From Hydrurus foetidus (lineage: Eukaryota), in assembly GCA_900617105.1 (NCBI GenBank), contig UYFQ01000476.1, positions 62,001-91,271 on the forward strand: a stretch of 29,271 nucleotides of DNA. The letters are read 5' to 3'. The translations under genes were made by a program, and so were the position numbers. Of the stretch, positions 10,557-23,561 are shown piece by piece. Every line of letters starts with the position of its first letter. The first letter of the stretch is position 1. Under the pieces are notes generated by a model, which had not been told where the DNA came from, made no database searches, and was given only the letters and a program-made list of their open reading frames with translations.

Positions 10557-13500
10557 ATGGCAGCCTCCGACAAAACAAATGATCATAACTATGAAATGGA
10601 ATCTTATCGTAATTCAGTCAGAGAAAATGCTCGCTTCGATCAAGCAAAGCTTATTTATGGGAATAAAGTTCACAGTGCGGAAGTTCGTATTATGAGGGAA
10701 ATTGTTCCAGATATTGATCTCATGGTAATCTTGGAGCTTTTGACAGGGAATGAATTCAATTTGGAGAGGAGCATAGATGCAGCTTTAGCTCTGATGACTT
10801 CCCTAGCCGCAGAGGAAGGACATGCAGTCTTGAGTGACTCGCATTCCTTATCTAGGGAACGAAGTCTTCCTAAGATCACAATCCCTCCTAATCACTCTTC
10901 TCCACGGATCACGAACAAAGAAGATTTTCTACCACCTCCAGAAGAGCCTGACTTATCATCAGCTTTGTTATCTCCTGGCGGCAATTGGCCGCATCGGCGA
11001 TCATCCGATGCAACAGGATCAGAACAATCAGCACTTCGGGGAGTTCCTATGACTCTCTCGAAGAGGTTTCTATTTGCGCCTCGTTTCCGTTTGGTTGTCG
11101 ACAAGCACACTAACGCCAGTACGGACTTTACTATTTATTTTCGGAGGAAGACTGAGAAACTTGGGATAACAATACAGGAACAGGATTCCGAAATACGTAT
11201 TCACACTCTGCATGCGAAGGGCCCTCAAGAACCCCTTTTGGCGATGGAATCAGGCATCAAAGTGGGAGATATCCTAACAGGAATCAATTCAGAATATTTC
11301 AGTTCTGGTGCGGAAGTCCAGGACATTATTGATATTCTGCATCTTGCAGGAACATTCGTAGCTTTGCATTTCACAAGAAGGCATATTCTTGACGATTCCG
11401 CTCAATCCTATCTATCGCCTCCTCACAAGTTTGCTCACATGCTGATCGACCAGACGGTCATTAGTAAGGAGAGGGCAAATAGCGTCTCGAAGAATGTAAG
11501 GAGATTGAAAGAAAGAACTATGTCATGGGACAGTTTCTCGATTGCTCAGAGGGTAGATAATTGGAAGCTAGATGCATGCCTGAACATACTGCCTGCTAAG
11601 AACGGAAACAATGCACCACCCTTGAAGTCAACGTCAGAAGGCAATGAGAGCAGACTTCATAGTTCAGCTGATTGGGTGGGCAGAAGCAGTATTATCCCGC
11701 CCTCGCATCACGTGCGTCCGGCTATCTCAGTACGACTGATTAGAGCGGAAGAACGAAGTGACCATGTTGTGTATGTTATCTGGGTGATGGATATCAGGAG
11801 TGGTACGGAGTGGATTGTGCGGAGAAGGTTTAGAGAGTTTTATGAATTCAGAGATGTGAGTATCAACATGAAATATTCAACTGCACTATCCAAACCAATG
11901 AGAATCTATACAATACCAAAGATGATAACGTCATTTCCTGTACTCTGTGTTGATTATGTATTCATGTAGGTGTTGGTGTCGGTTAGGACTGGCATCAGCA
12001 GACTCGACTTTCCTCCTAAGCGTCTCAATGTCGCTGAGATCGGTGCGATGATTTCGGAACGTCTGATTATTTTGCAGAAATTCCTTAGGAAACTTTGCAA
12101 TCTCGTGTGCGTAAATTCTTTACATCCCTCGACTCTTAAGATTCAATTGCTACTGCAGCAATTTCTCGAAATCACGGATAGAATGGATAATATAACATCA
12201 TCGGAAAGAGGAGTTCCATGCAGTGTAAGTACGAACATGGTGCAAGTGTACGTGCTGGGTGTGCTGCAAATGAGTGTTATGGATAAAGTACTGTCAGGAT
12301 ACATTGATACTTTTTTCGAATCTACAAATATTGAGGACAGCAAAAGATGGTCAGAATATGAAGGGAGAAAAGTTCTGAGTGGTATGAGGGATTTCGTGGA
12401 CAATTTAGAAGTCGTTTTATTTGAAGCTCTTGTCGAAGATTGCTGCGATATTATACGGAAATTTACTAGCTCTGGATACGGAAGTTTGAGAAGCAGTAAG
12501 AGTCCTAGTGAAGATCGTCTGAGCACAATGGCATCACGCAAAGCACCTACTCGTGATGACCGTGTGGGTTACACAAGTGCGTATGATGAGAAATTCACAC
12601 ATACTGATGGAGGATATGCTGATTTGGACATCTCTCAACTATCCCTTACAGAGTCTTATAGAGGGGATGTAAACCAAGCAACAGACTTTGCGACACAATC
12701 TGTACTGACGGATGAGAATGGCGTCACTGTGCGAGGGAAGGGTCAGGGTCACGAGTTCGACTCTCAGTCCAACAGCAGCAGCCGGTGCAGTCCACTTGAT
12801 CAGGAGATAGATGACATCGTAAGTGCGAGAGCTGTGTCGCCCACAAATATGGAAAGTCAGAGAGAGAAGGAGAGAATGAAGGAGAGAGAGCTGAAGGCCA
12901 TCATGGAGCAGTGCGGTGAAGATGAAGTGCGTATTCAAATCCGATCAGCTGTACGCAGACAAATAGAAATCGAAGTCTTCGTACCATGCTCTGCTCGTCT
13001 GCGCATCATTCTCAGTCGATCCTTCGCCTCCTCTGAGCTTGCTCTGCGTAGGAATATTCTAAAGATCACCCATCAGCCTCAAAGCTTCTTCGGAATACCG
13101 GTTAAACATATTTCACCAACCAGCTGGGATGCAGTGGTAGTGCTGATGCGAGACATCAGATCACACACCCTCCCCCATGACCGCCTTGAAGCTCTTTTAC
13201 TCACTGCAAAAGAGATTCCGATACACTTTATGAGAGAACACTCTTCTTCTGTTGACGATAACACTTCCTTAGGAGCTGATGACTTCCTGCCGATCTTCAT
13301 TTATGTCATCGCAAAAGCTCAAGTGCCCGATCTACTTGCACTTAGTGAAGAATTACAAGCATTGTGTGATCCTGATAAAAGAATGTCAGAAACAGGGTAC
13401 TATCTAGCGACATTAGAAGCGTCTCTGCAGCATATTTTAGAGGCGAATATAACACCTGACAGTCAAGCCCTTTTCCCTGACATGGTGAAAAGAAGATCTG

Positions 13501-13559
13501 ATTGTGAGGAAGGCTCAAGTGATGATGAAGAGGAACGCAAAACGCCTATACGAAGATGA
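10557..13559 (+). CDS. CUE - PDZ - PX - VPS9 domain protein (putative Rab5-family GEF), 962 aa, 2 exons
   Basis: Exons 10557-11855 and 11970-13559 (phase-0 intron GTGAGT..TAG inside the PX domain). CUE-like: IMREIVPDIDLMVILELL...NLERSIDAAL. PDZ: KLGITIQ...GIKVGDILTGIN. PX: HVVYVI..WIVRRRFREF..FPPK..ER..LQKFL. VPS9: GADDFLPIFIYV...ETGYYLATLEASLQHI. Confidence 0.88.
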
Positions 13560-13882
13560 CGTCACTTGATTTAACTTGGGTATGCATGTCATGTCACACG
13601 AGCAAGACTGTGTGTGTTTTTGTTCTTTGCCTTGTCATTATCAGCGTTACGAAAGAGACTGTATAAGTGTGATATTTCTCATTTATTGTCTATCGTAACA
13701 TAAAGAAAAAAAGGGGTTGACTGCGCAAAATAGTTGGAATTAATTTCTCTGAAGTGCGCATCAAGGCGATGAAAAAAGAAAGAAAGGAAAGTAACGTAAG
13801 GGCATAATCGTGAACGTATGTACAGCGGCCCCCTTGGTATGTGCAACTTCGACCACTAAACCCATCTAGGAAGAAAAGTTTC

Positions 13883-16800
13883 TCATTTACTTCTTCTCTC
13901 AACAGAATGTTCTCTGGCCTGTTTCCTTTGATTTCTGTTGCCCACCACAACATGACTCTTTCTTCCTGTCGTGCTCTCACTGATGCGAGCCTTCTTGCCG
14001 CTCTTAACAACAGCACCGAAGTGAGCGACTGCTTCCTTGTGGTTCTTCTTATTGAGCAGTCTGGGGTCAAGGGGGATGTACGCGTGCGGCTCAAGCATAC
14101 CTTTCTTCCACACATCTCCTCCTGCCTTCTTAGAGCGGTATTCCTCTCCAGGCTCCTTGACTCTCTGTCTCTTCTTCAACATCGCTTCTGCCGCTGCGAC
14201 CTTCAGACTCTCCGCCTCGGCTTCCTCCCTCGCACCCTTTCTCCCTCCCAACACTCCGGGTAGCAGTCCTGCGCGCTCTAACCCGGTTGCCCCTGGGGCG
14301 GAAGTATCTTCCCTTGCTTGCACTACCACTCTTCCATCAGCAGTGACTGCCACTGTGTACTCCTCGTCCTCATCATCAGGCCTCTCTGACACTGCTGATG
14401 CTCCTTCCCCACTGGAAGACTTGCTGCCCCCTCTTGCAAGACTGGACCCACTGGGCACCATGAGACGCTCCTTGCCCACTGTCGGTGGTCTTCTGATACC
14501 CAGATACGAGGCGGGCTGATCGTCTAGCAAGTCTTCCAGACTGTACGGACGATTATCTCTGATGTCACTCGCCTTCACAGCCTTGGGTCTTGACATCAAC
14601 CTAGGGTCTTCCTTCTCTTTGTCCTTCTCACTTCCCTTGTCTTTGCGACTCTTCATGGACTTTGCAGCGACAGATTTCGCTGCAACACTAGTTCCTCTGA
14701 AGCTGCGAGTGTCGTCCTCCTCGTCGTCAGAATCTTCACTGTCCGACCCCAGCATCTTATCAATACGATTGCTGTCAACCATGTGCACATCCTTCTTCCT
14801 AGCCGCCTTGCGCGCTCTTCTTTCAATGTACTCCAAGAGCGCTTTATCCGGTTCTGACAGCAAATCCCTCAAGGTAGCGGTGTCAATCCTCTGGAACAAT
14901 TTCCTCATGATGGCTCTCACACGGGACGAGAACTTGGACTTGTGCGGTCCCAGACCCTCAGAGAAGGCGTAGACTATTTGTGGCAGAGCACCTTCAAGCG
15001 CACCCTTAAGCGGCAGCACAGCAGCACACACACGCACGTACGAAAGCACGGCTCTTGTCTCCTCGGGGCACTCATCCCTCAGTAGGAGACACACTGTAGG
15101 GAGCAGATCAGCTGCTGCCTTCATCAAGTCGTGGTCGCCTCTGTGTTCTAGCACTAGCAAGCATAGACCGGTCACCGCAGCAGATCTCATCACAGAAGTC
15201 TCCCCAGCCATGCCGGAGCACAATTGGGTAAGCATTTCATACGGTGTGATTTTGCGTATCATCAGTAGTAGGAGTTCTGTAGCACTGTCTCTTGTTTTTT
15301 TATTGGCATCCTTCTGACAGATAAGCACTTCACCGAGGATGGCACCTGAGATAAGGAAGAAATCGAGAAGAAGGTCAGCTTTACAGATGACCAGTGCACA
15401 TAGCCGGGAAAATTGAAAAATAGACCCCCCCCCTCAACCCCTCCCCTTGGATATCATAACTTGAAAAAATGAACGACTCTTTACAGTGTATTTGCAGAAA
15501 TTTGTGAAGACTGGAAGAACTTAGACACATATATAGCGCGAATGCCTCACCTGCTGCTTCTCTCGTTTCTTCGTCACCCATAGTTGACATCAATGTCTCC
15601 ACACATCGCAATCGCATGCTACGTGCACTCACCTAACACGTACGTACAAGCACGAATAATATCACTGAAATCAACTGATAAATTTACGCAAAATGTGCGT
15701 CACGTAAGTACCTGGCAGGTGAGGAGAGATTCCACTATTAGGTTCAGGATCTGCATGTGCGATTCGGTTAAAGAAAGTGTCGCTCCATGGTGCTTCAATA
15801 AAGAATCTAAAACATGATACGCCCTCTTCTGAAGTGACACGGACTCGTTCACAGAGAGTAACGGACGGACGGTACGGTATAGAAGAGTCACCATTGACTC
15901 GGGCATGTGAGGAATGATCGCCTGACAAGACAATGTATTAACACATTCATATCGTTAGCATTCTGGAATAAGTCAGGGGCTGCAAATTAGTTCATAAGTG
16001 AGATTCTTTTGTGCGACAAGAAAGATAGCTGTTTTATAAAAAATCGTCACACAAAAAAACAGATAGTTGGTAGATTAAACAGACCTGCACGACAGCCATC
16101 CAGACACTAGCGGCTTCGGAGTCGGACCCTCCGGTAGCCCCTGCATAATGAAACGGAAACCGTGTTCAGATTAATTTGAATGTGATGAAGATAGAGAGGG
16201 ATGTAGTGAGGAGAGTACGAGTGCAGATATGAGATATTCGACAATTCCGACACATGCACTTATATGCAGAAGATTGAATAAATATATGTTAGTGCACACG
16301 AGCAGATACATGAAGTAACTATCACTGTTCTCAAATATTCCGTAGCTGTATTCCATGAAACGGTTTACAGCTGACGTGCCATTCAATAATATTTCACAAT
16401 GATATAATATCATCGTTCAAAACACTCCATGATAAGTTCGTACGTACGGTAAGTACGTGCAAGAGATGTAGTCCGTACCTGTTGACGTCAAGAGCAACTG
16501 CAGAAGCTTCTTCGACACAGCCACCAACAGTGCGGGCGGGGATGCCCCGGCCCAAGCGGCTATGAACTGGACCCCTGTCTGGAATCTGTTGTCCCCTACA
16601 GAAGACCCCTCCAAGTACGTAAGGACGGCTGGAACGAACACGTGTGCGTAATTCCGTAGTGTTGCGAGTTCCGGTGTATCTCTGCCGGATGTGAGTGCGG
16701 AGGGGGTAAAATCCGGATAGCATCTGTCCCTGGCACCTTTTGCAAGATGTGTGAGTCCCACTACTATGTGTGGTAACAACTCCGGGTAGTTCTCATCTTT

Positions 16801-18456
16801 CATAGCAGCCTCCAGGATCTTGACGAGTTTAGGAAATGACTCAGTGACGTCAGAGGGACCAGCAGAAATAAATTCTGGGAATAATGACCACAATTGAAGC
16901 ATTCTGTTACGTACGTCACGTACGGTAGATTCTGACAAAGCAAATCTTTGAGGATGTAGAACAGCTTGACTGCACGCACTTGCAATAGGGAGGACGGTAC
17001 TTCCAAAATCGGCCAGACGACATCTCATCATCTTCAAATTTGAGTGCAAAATCTTCAGAATCCATTCTCTCGACACATCAATCCCGACATATAACGGTGA
17101 CATTGCATCCCTCAGGGGAACGATTGTTAGGAAATTGGTAAATCCGCAGGATCGAAGTGCCGACCCTAAAGTGTCCCCCAGAGCAACTTCCACTCCCGCA
17201 TCCACCTGAAGCGCACTATTGCAGATAGCTTGATATAAATCAGCAAGTTTGCTGATTAAGTTGTGGAGGACAGTTTTTGCTTCGTCACTTTTAAATCTGT
17301 CGAATAAGGATCGGATAGCATCCATGACGTATAGCCAAGAATGCTGGTATTTCAATTGTAGAAGGGTTTCAACTGCCTGCACAACTTTGATTAGAGTACC
17401 ACCAGATGAGCCAGATACTGACATTCCTTGTAGACATCCTGTAATCAGTCGCTTCAATGCACTGCCAACAGCACAGTGTATCTGTGTGAACTCTGTTTCA
17501 CACCCAGCAACTAATGAAAGAATCGCTGTAGGTAGCAAGCTATTCGACAAATTGGAGTCTGTTTTATGCAGGTACGCAAGCCCACTAGCAAGTGCTGTGC
17601 AGAAATATGTGTTGGCCTCCATATCTGCAGTAGCAGGTTTCATGTCGAGCAGTATTTGAAGACTGTCGTGGCATTTGTCTCCGGAGAGTGACAGAGAAGA
17701 ATTCTGATAAAGGGCATCAATCATGCGACAAACTGCAGCAGTTAGGACTGGCTGCTCACAAGCTTGAAGCCGCAGAGCTATTTCACATGTGCTGCAAATC
17801 ATTGTCTCTGGGAAAAATACTGTGGCGGATTCCAAAAAGAGAATGATAAACAGAGATCGCTTGTATTCAGATCTGCTGCAAGACCTCAAGACTCCCAGGC
17901 AAAAGTCACCGACATACGCGCGTACAGCGCGTCCTCCAGCTCTCTTGTGATCATTCAGGAGCAAAATGAGTTGGTCGTTACAAACTTTGCGGATTTTGAA
18001 TCGTGAGTCATCGATGCAAGCAAGGAAAGCATTGATAGACTGAAGTGCGTGAACAGCTCCCCAGAAGCCGTCAGATGTCTCCTGAGCCCTCATAGCGCTG
18101 CCCAGAGTTTCAAGACAGGAGTGCAGAAGGTTTGTGTCCTCAGCATTTGCTTTTGCGATCTTCATTAAACAACTTGCGAGCTGTTTAAATTGCGATCTAA
18201 CTATCATCTTCGATGAAGCTGGGATAACTGCTGCCAAAATATGAAGAAGGTAGCCCAGGCTGTCATCATGCTTCCCAGAGCTGATGGAAGACAGTATGAT
18301 GGCGAAGTACTCAGTTGATGTTGGCTCATGCTCTTTGCCCTCAATCTGCTGTGATTTAATTACATCTTTGAGAGCTGAAACAACTTCGTTCAGACGGGAT
18401 GATTTCCCAATTCTGTCCCCTTGAGATGCCATCGATTGCGAGAGGAGACGCTCCAT
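13883..18456 (-). CDS. RRP12: RRP12-like ribosome biogenesis HEAT-repeat protein (~1262 aa, 5 exons)
   Basis: Exons 18456-16479, 16140-16085, 15921-15712, 15632-15551, 15345-13883, frame-consistent (3789 nt). N-terminal PTSTEYF, NUC173-region REWIL...QLWSLFP, C-terminal GEEYRSKKAGGDVWKKGMLEPHAYIPL. Confidence 0.88.
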
Positions 18457-19040
18457 TTCGATCAGAACTCGCTGCTAGACTGAGCTAGCCTTACTGATCT
18501 CTCTATTTCTAATCGAGCTGGATAGAGAAGATAAAGGACTGGTCATCTCAATCTCGTTGGTGTGTTGGTTGGTGGATAGCTTACAAAGATCCCTTTGGGG
18601 ATTTCCTGAGCTGTTTTGATTTGAAATTAACACTTTTTTGTCCAAGTTGTCGAGTTCTCAGTTGAGGTGAACCGGAAACGAATTAAAAATTTTTAAACTG
18701 CAGAATTGTTAAAATGCCACGTATCAATTACTGGTGGAAAGAAATATATGAACAATCGGTATGGTTCGGGAAACTAGCAATTTTAAAATGTAACGCATGA
18801 AAAAACGATACGTAATCATGCCACAAAGACTGCATGTTTTCCACGAAGAACTAACTACCGATAATATAAGAATATCTCCGCGCATGTGTGTAACGTTAGA
18901 AATGTCATTGTGAAATATGCATTACACTAATATTCAGCTGAAATTTCTGCATGGACATTTTCTGCAAAGAAAAGAATCAGATACAAAATATGCTCATCAT
19001 GTCAAAAATCTATGAGGTGATGGCACATCAATCTTGCCGT

Positions 19041-21292
19041 TCAAATGTACAGCGGAACAGCGGCAAGAGCATCCAGACAAGGTTGCACAAAGAACATGGT
19101 TAGGAAATACACACACACACCAAGAAGAATCGAAATAGGCAGAGCTGGGAGTGCTCTCTTGCACACAGCCAACAAAGCTAAAGTGGCTCCTAGACCCTAT
19201 AAAGGGAAACAAAAAATGTAGAAATAGAAATTTTAAGATACGATTACAGGTATAGATACCGAGCACTAGGTTAGTACAGCTTTTCAGTACCTATCACTAA
19301 CTATTCCCATCCCATCCCACTCAACCGATCCTCCTCAGTATATGAAGCATATCACACAATGAAAAACATTCGAAACAACATTTCACTTACACCCAGAACA
19401 ACGAATGACGTAGCAATGAAGGAAGGGAACCCATGCTTCGCAGCTCTGGATACGAGCATACTGTAGAACACAAAGTCACCAAGTCCAAGCTTGATAGAAG
19501 ACCGAGTGCGTGTGCCTAAAAGCAGAATCCAGTATTCGGAATTAGAAATTCGGAAGAAAAAGATGACGTCAGTGATTTATCTCCTCAGAAATTCTTAATA
19601 TCTCAGCAGAATTTGGTAGAAAGATTTTGTTTGTCACCTTTTTTAGTGCCACTATCGTCAGTCAGAGACCCATCCTCCCTTCCTGCGACTTCGTTACTAA
19701 GCGTTTCATCACCACTATCATACTCACTGTCGTTAACACTCTCAAATTCACTGTCATCACTACTATCCACATGTCTGCTGTGTCTAGTGTCAGATGATGT
19801 GGATGCAGAGTGTGAGTGCAGTGGAGACAGGCCAGAGGAGAAGGAGACGTAGTTCATGTCTAGATCATCAGTCGGAGGCTGCCGACACGTGGCCATCTCG
19901 TAGCCGCTATCGTCGTCATCTCCCTGACCTTTCTCTGCCATACCCCCCCTCCCATGCCTCTCATGTTCTGTATCATTGCCTGCACTATCCCCTACCTCCA
20001 TTTCGCCTTCCCCTATTGCTATTCCTGTCCCAATGGGGATGTCACGAGGTAGGGCTAGAACGACCTTGCAGCGATGGCTGTTAGCATCTCGGACATCCAT
20101 GGCAGTTGTTGATGGAATGATGTGCGTACTTTCCGATGCACTCTGCTGAAGGGCAGAAGTCATGTCAACGCTTTTTTTCTTGACCTCCTTCACGGGACTG
20201 CGCCCTAATTCCACATCTTTTTTCTGACACCTTTTTTGGGGGCTATCGTTTCTATGGGATCGAGAGGATAGATTCGCTTCGTACAACAAGCCCTGAGAAT
20301 AGAACATAGCACGCGAATTTTGTCAAATGACCTTCGACAAGTAGATGCGGGACTGACAATTTCTTTTGATGGCGTGATTAGAGGTACATATATGGTGTTC
20401 CAATATTTTTACCGGTAGCGGCACATTTCTCTTCTGCATGAGACCCACTAAGGCTTTCAAAGGCCCGCAGGGTGACAGGACTGCAAAAAGATCATAGAAA
20501 GCCAACGCAACTAGAAGGGAGAAGCACGTGTACTCATCAAAACGTGAAAGTTGCCACACAAGCAGCACGCTGGAACATATTAGATAACTTTGAGTAAGAA
20601 GCGCTGGGATGCCTAAAAATGAAGAAAATGGTGTGATGAGAGTTTGCCAAAGTGGAGGATCGAGAGTGAGTAAAAGAAGTGTTATCACCTTTTTGCATGA
20701 AAATTGCAATAACTCCGATTACTGAGAAATTATAAATCAGTACACCGAAAGTTATCCAGTCAAATCGTATCTGGAATTGTTCAATGATAGTAAAGAGGAA
20801 AACTCCGCCCATGAAACCTAACAGCATGAATGAGCTCAATATCATATACCCCAGAATGCATTTGACGCATCTAGCCCAGTAGAGAAATACTATTACGAAG
20901 GTCATTAAGGCAATTGCTGACACTATCACGATCGCATTTATCATTGATTTCCCCAGTTTGACAGTGTTACTGTCGTTTAATCCTGCTTCACTTCCATCAC
21001 TTATATCGTAGATACTGAGGCCACCATCCGCACTCTGCTGTGAAAATGGCGATTTGATGTAAACTACAGCAAGACTTGATAGCACGAGCGTGATAGCTAC
21101 AGGTTGAAGGGTGGCGTAAAAAGCTGAGACTGCGTAAGATATCTCCGACAAGATAATTCCAGGTGCTGGACTAACGTCATCATGAGGGCGCTTTCTTTTT
21201 GATTGCTTCGCAGTTCTTTCATGAGATGGGACCTGTAGGAGCTGTGAGTTTTCAGTCTCCTCCAAGAAATTGCTACTGGCTTTGACGTTCAT
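19041..21292 (-). CDS. PSEN: Presenilin (gamma-secretase catalytic subunit, A22A aspartyl protease), ~579 aa, 5 exons
   Basis: Exons 21292-20689, 20612-20413, 20292-19638, 19515-19391, 19196-19041 (1740 nt). Catalytic motifs AFYDLFAVLSPCGPLK and IKLGLGDFVFYS; C-terminal ALPALPISI; multiple TM helices. Confidence 0.93.
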
Positions 21293-21804
21293 TATTATCA
21301 GAACAACTGAGGAGGGTGAGGGAGACTGGCGGCGTCACAAATACTCAAGCCCCAATGTCGAGAAAGAAGGCATCCACTGCAATTTTCAATCTGTAAAGAA
21401 ACCGGCACACCATCGTCACGAACGCAGAAGGTTACTAGATGAACATTTTTCACGATGGTATCGTGGAGTTGAGCGAGATGATTCGATTGTGATGATCTGT
21501 GAAGGAGTCGAAATCGAAATGTGAAGTCGGAAGTCGGAGTGTTGCGAGCAGAACGTACGTTGCATCCCTGCAGTACGGTAGAACTTCCAGAGACCATAGA
21601 TTGGGTGAAATTCGTGTCCCCTGAGGGGCGTCAGTTCTCCTCTCGACCGATATTGAACGCATCTTTTCGGCGCGCGCGCGTTTCTAAGGCGCTTTGAGAT
21701 TGAATTATACCGCCAAACCAGAAGACGGCGTAGGAGACGGCATTATATTACCGGAAAATATTTTCGACGCGCCTCTTATTTTTCACTTCATCATCGACGC
21801 CACG

Positions 21805-22806
21805 ATGGAAGACGACACAGCACCTTTCAGAAAGAGTCGGGCCACCAAAGGCGTCACTGAAGCCTATTATTTTATTTTATCACTGGCTTGGAACGATATC
21901 GTGATAAATGGAGGAAAGTTAAGCGTGAAACAACAGGAGGAGTCCATCAAACTCAAAAGCAGCCAATGGGCGGAGGCTCTGCACAGAGAATTCCCTCATG
22001 TGCCACTCAAACCAGAAGTCACCGCGTCAATTTTAAACATCGAAATTAACATGGACAGCGGCAACGGTATGATAAGGAAAGCGAAGGAAATGATTCATTA
22101 CGTCAGCAACGTTCTGAATCCCGTCTGGAAAGAGATGGACGACACAGCGGAACTGAGCGAGATAGAGGAGGCGCTTCTGGACTGCCGAAAGGTAGCTTGG
22201 ATAAGAAATGAGCACGACAGGAAAAAGAAAAGGAAAATTGTCGGTCCAAAGGAGATGAACGAAAGACCTTTTGATCCCGCATGGACCTTCAAAGAATGGC
22301 TGACATTCAGATACCTAGGAATGCCAGCGGGCGATGAACAGTGTTTGAAGATTTTCCAGGCAACATTCCCTGGCAGCGTTGCATTTTATTCCCAGAAAAA
22401 ATACGCTCTAGAAATGAAAGCAAAAGACGCAACCGGGGACGGTTGCCGTCTCAATGACGACGGCTACGATGAGGATGGTGACAAAAGGGATCTAACAGGT
22501 CGGGACTCCAGTGTCTCTAAGCGGACACAAGAGGCTATGAGGAAACAGACGTTGTGGGCAGCCGAGAAAAACAGACTGGAGACGCTGATAAGCTTGTCCG
22601 AAAAACTCGTCATGCCAGCAGACGTCCAAGAGGGTCACCTGCGCGCCCTCTACACCTACCTGCTGACCCCATGCAATCTCGACTACTTCGAAGAAGAGGA
22701 GAGAGAATCCAAGGCGATGAAGACGGAACACCTCTCAACCCCCCCATCCGCAGCAGCGATTTCATCTTCTTCTTCGACATCATCGAGCAGTGCTGGTGAC
22801 ACCTAA
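21805..22806 (+). CDS. Intronless hypothetical protein (333 aa), probably nuclear
   Basis: Long ORF whose first ATG is at 21805 (the track starts at an upstream TTG); basic NLS-like RKKKRK, acidic patches, Ser-rich tail; divergent from presenilin. Confidence 0.7.
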   Translation: MEDDTAPFRKSRATKGVTEAYYFILSLAWNDIVINGGKLSVKQQEESIKLKSSQWAEALHREFPHVPLKPEVTASILNIEINMDSGNGMIRKAKEMIHYVSNVLNPVWKEMDDTAELSEIEEALLDCRKVAWIRNEHDRKKKRKIVGPKEMNERPFDPAWTFKEWLTFRYLGMPAGDEQCLKIFQATFPGSVAFYSQKKYALEMKAKDATGDGCRLNDDGYDEDGDKRDLTGRDSSVSKRTQEAMRKQTLWAAEKNRLETLISLSEKLVMPADVQEGHLRALYTYLLTPCNLDYFEEEERESKAMKTEHLSTPPSAAAISSSSSTSSSSAGDT

Positions 22807-23138
22807 CTTTTTCTTTCATTACAGTAATACGTTGTATATAGAGCCTCCTCCAAGACTACTTCTGAATTTAAGTGACCTGTTTAGGCCACTGTGTGTCCTA
22901 CTTTTTCACCTAATTAATATATCTAACGGTTATAAAACCGAACATAACTCTTCTCGTTGTTTGTCTCTCTGTTGTTTCAGTCACGACCATGAACAAAATC
23001 TTCTTTCCTCGAAAGAGGATTCTGTTTTCTAGCGACAATGTAAATATCTGAAGATTGGCGAGAAACAAACATGAAATTCACAGACAACGACAATCTGAAA
23101 TAAAAATTCTTGGAAACACAATCGGCATTTATCTCCTA

Positions 23139-23444
23139 TCAAATTTGCCATCCACTCATCGATGAGTAGGCAGCAGATGCAAGACCACTTTCATATTTAG
23201 GGAGGGAATTGAATTGTGTTGCGCAGCCTACATTTTTAGTAAAAATGCCTCTCCTGGAGATAAGACCAGTGAATGGGCCATCATTTGGTGGGTATCGATG
23301 TGTCGGTTGGTGGGTATCGATGACTCTTGAGAATTCAGGAGAATGAGGTATTTTTATCAACATCATACTGTATCTTAGTGGCTGAGTCAAATCCCGGAAA
23401 CAATTGTCCCGAAAATGTTCACTCTTACAAGATTCGTGTGACAT
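23139..23444 (-). CDS. Possible small hypothetical protein (101 aa)
   Basis: ATG-initiated ORF oriented divergently from the 24572 ORF, matching the head-to-head layout elsewhere in the window; contains a 16-bp direct repeat. No homology recognised. Confidence 0.3.
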   Translation of the reverse strand: MSHESCKSEHFRDNCFRDLTQPLRYSMMLIKIPHSPEFSRVIDTHQPTHRYPPNDGPFTGLISRRGIFTKNVGCATQFNSLPKYESGLASAAYSSMSGWQI

Positions 23445-23561
23445 GTTTGAGCTGAAAATTTTAATTCTACGTTTCCAACATTCTATCTGATTTCAGGTTT
23501 GAGAAGTTCGGTTCGGTTGTGTGTTTTAAAACTAGGTCCGTTGCCGTGGAATGTAGCCTAA

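Noticed and set aside
8335..18006. Numerous antisense or alternate-frame ORFs over the SNARE/FYVE, VPS9 and RRP12 genes (e.g. 9119-9625, 12143-12541, 14037-14519, 17249-17659)
   Set aside because: Shadow ORFs of long real coding exons, with low-complexity Ser/Leu-rich translations.
23285..23322. 16-bp direct repeat TTGGTGGGTATCGATG (23285, 23307) as a target-site duplication
   Set aside because: Only 6 nt lie between the copies; it looks like a local micro-duplication, not an inserted element.
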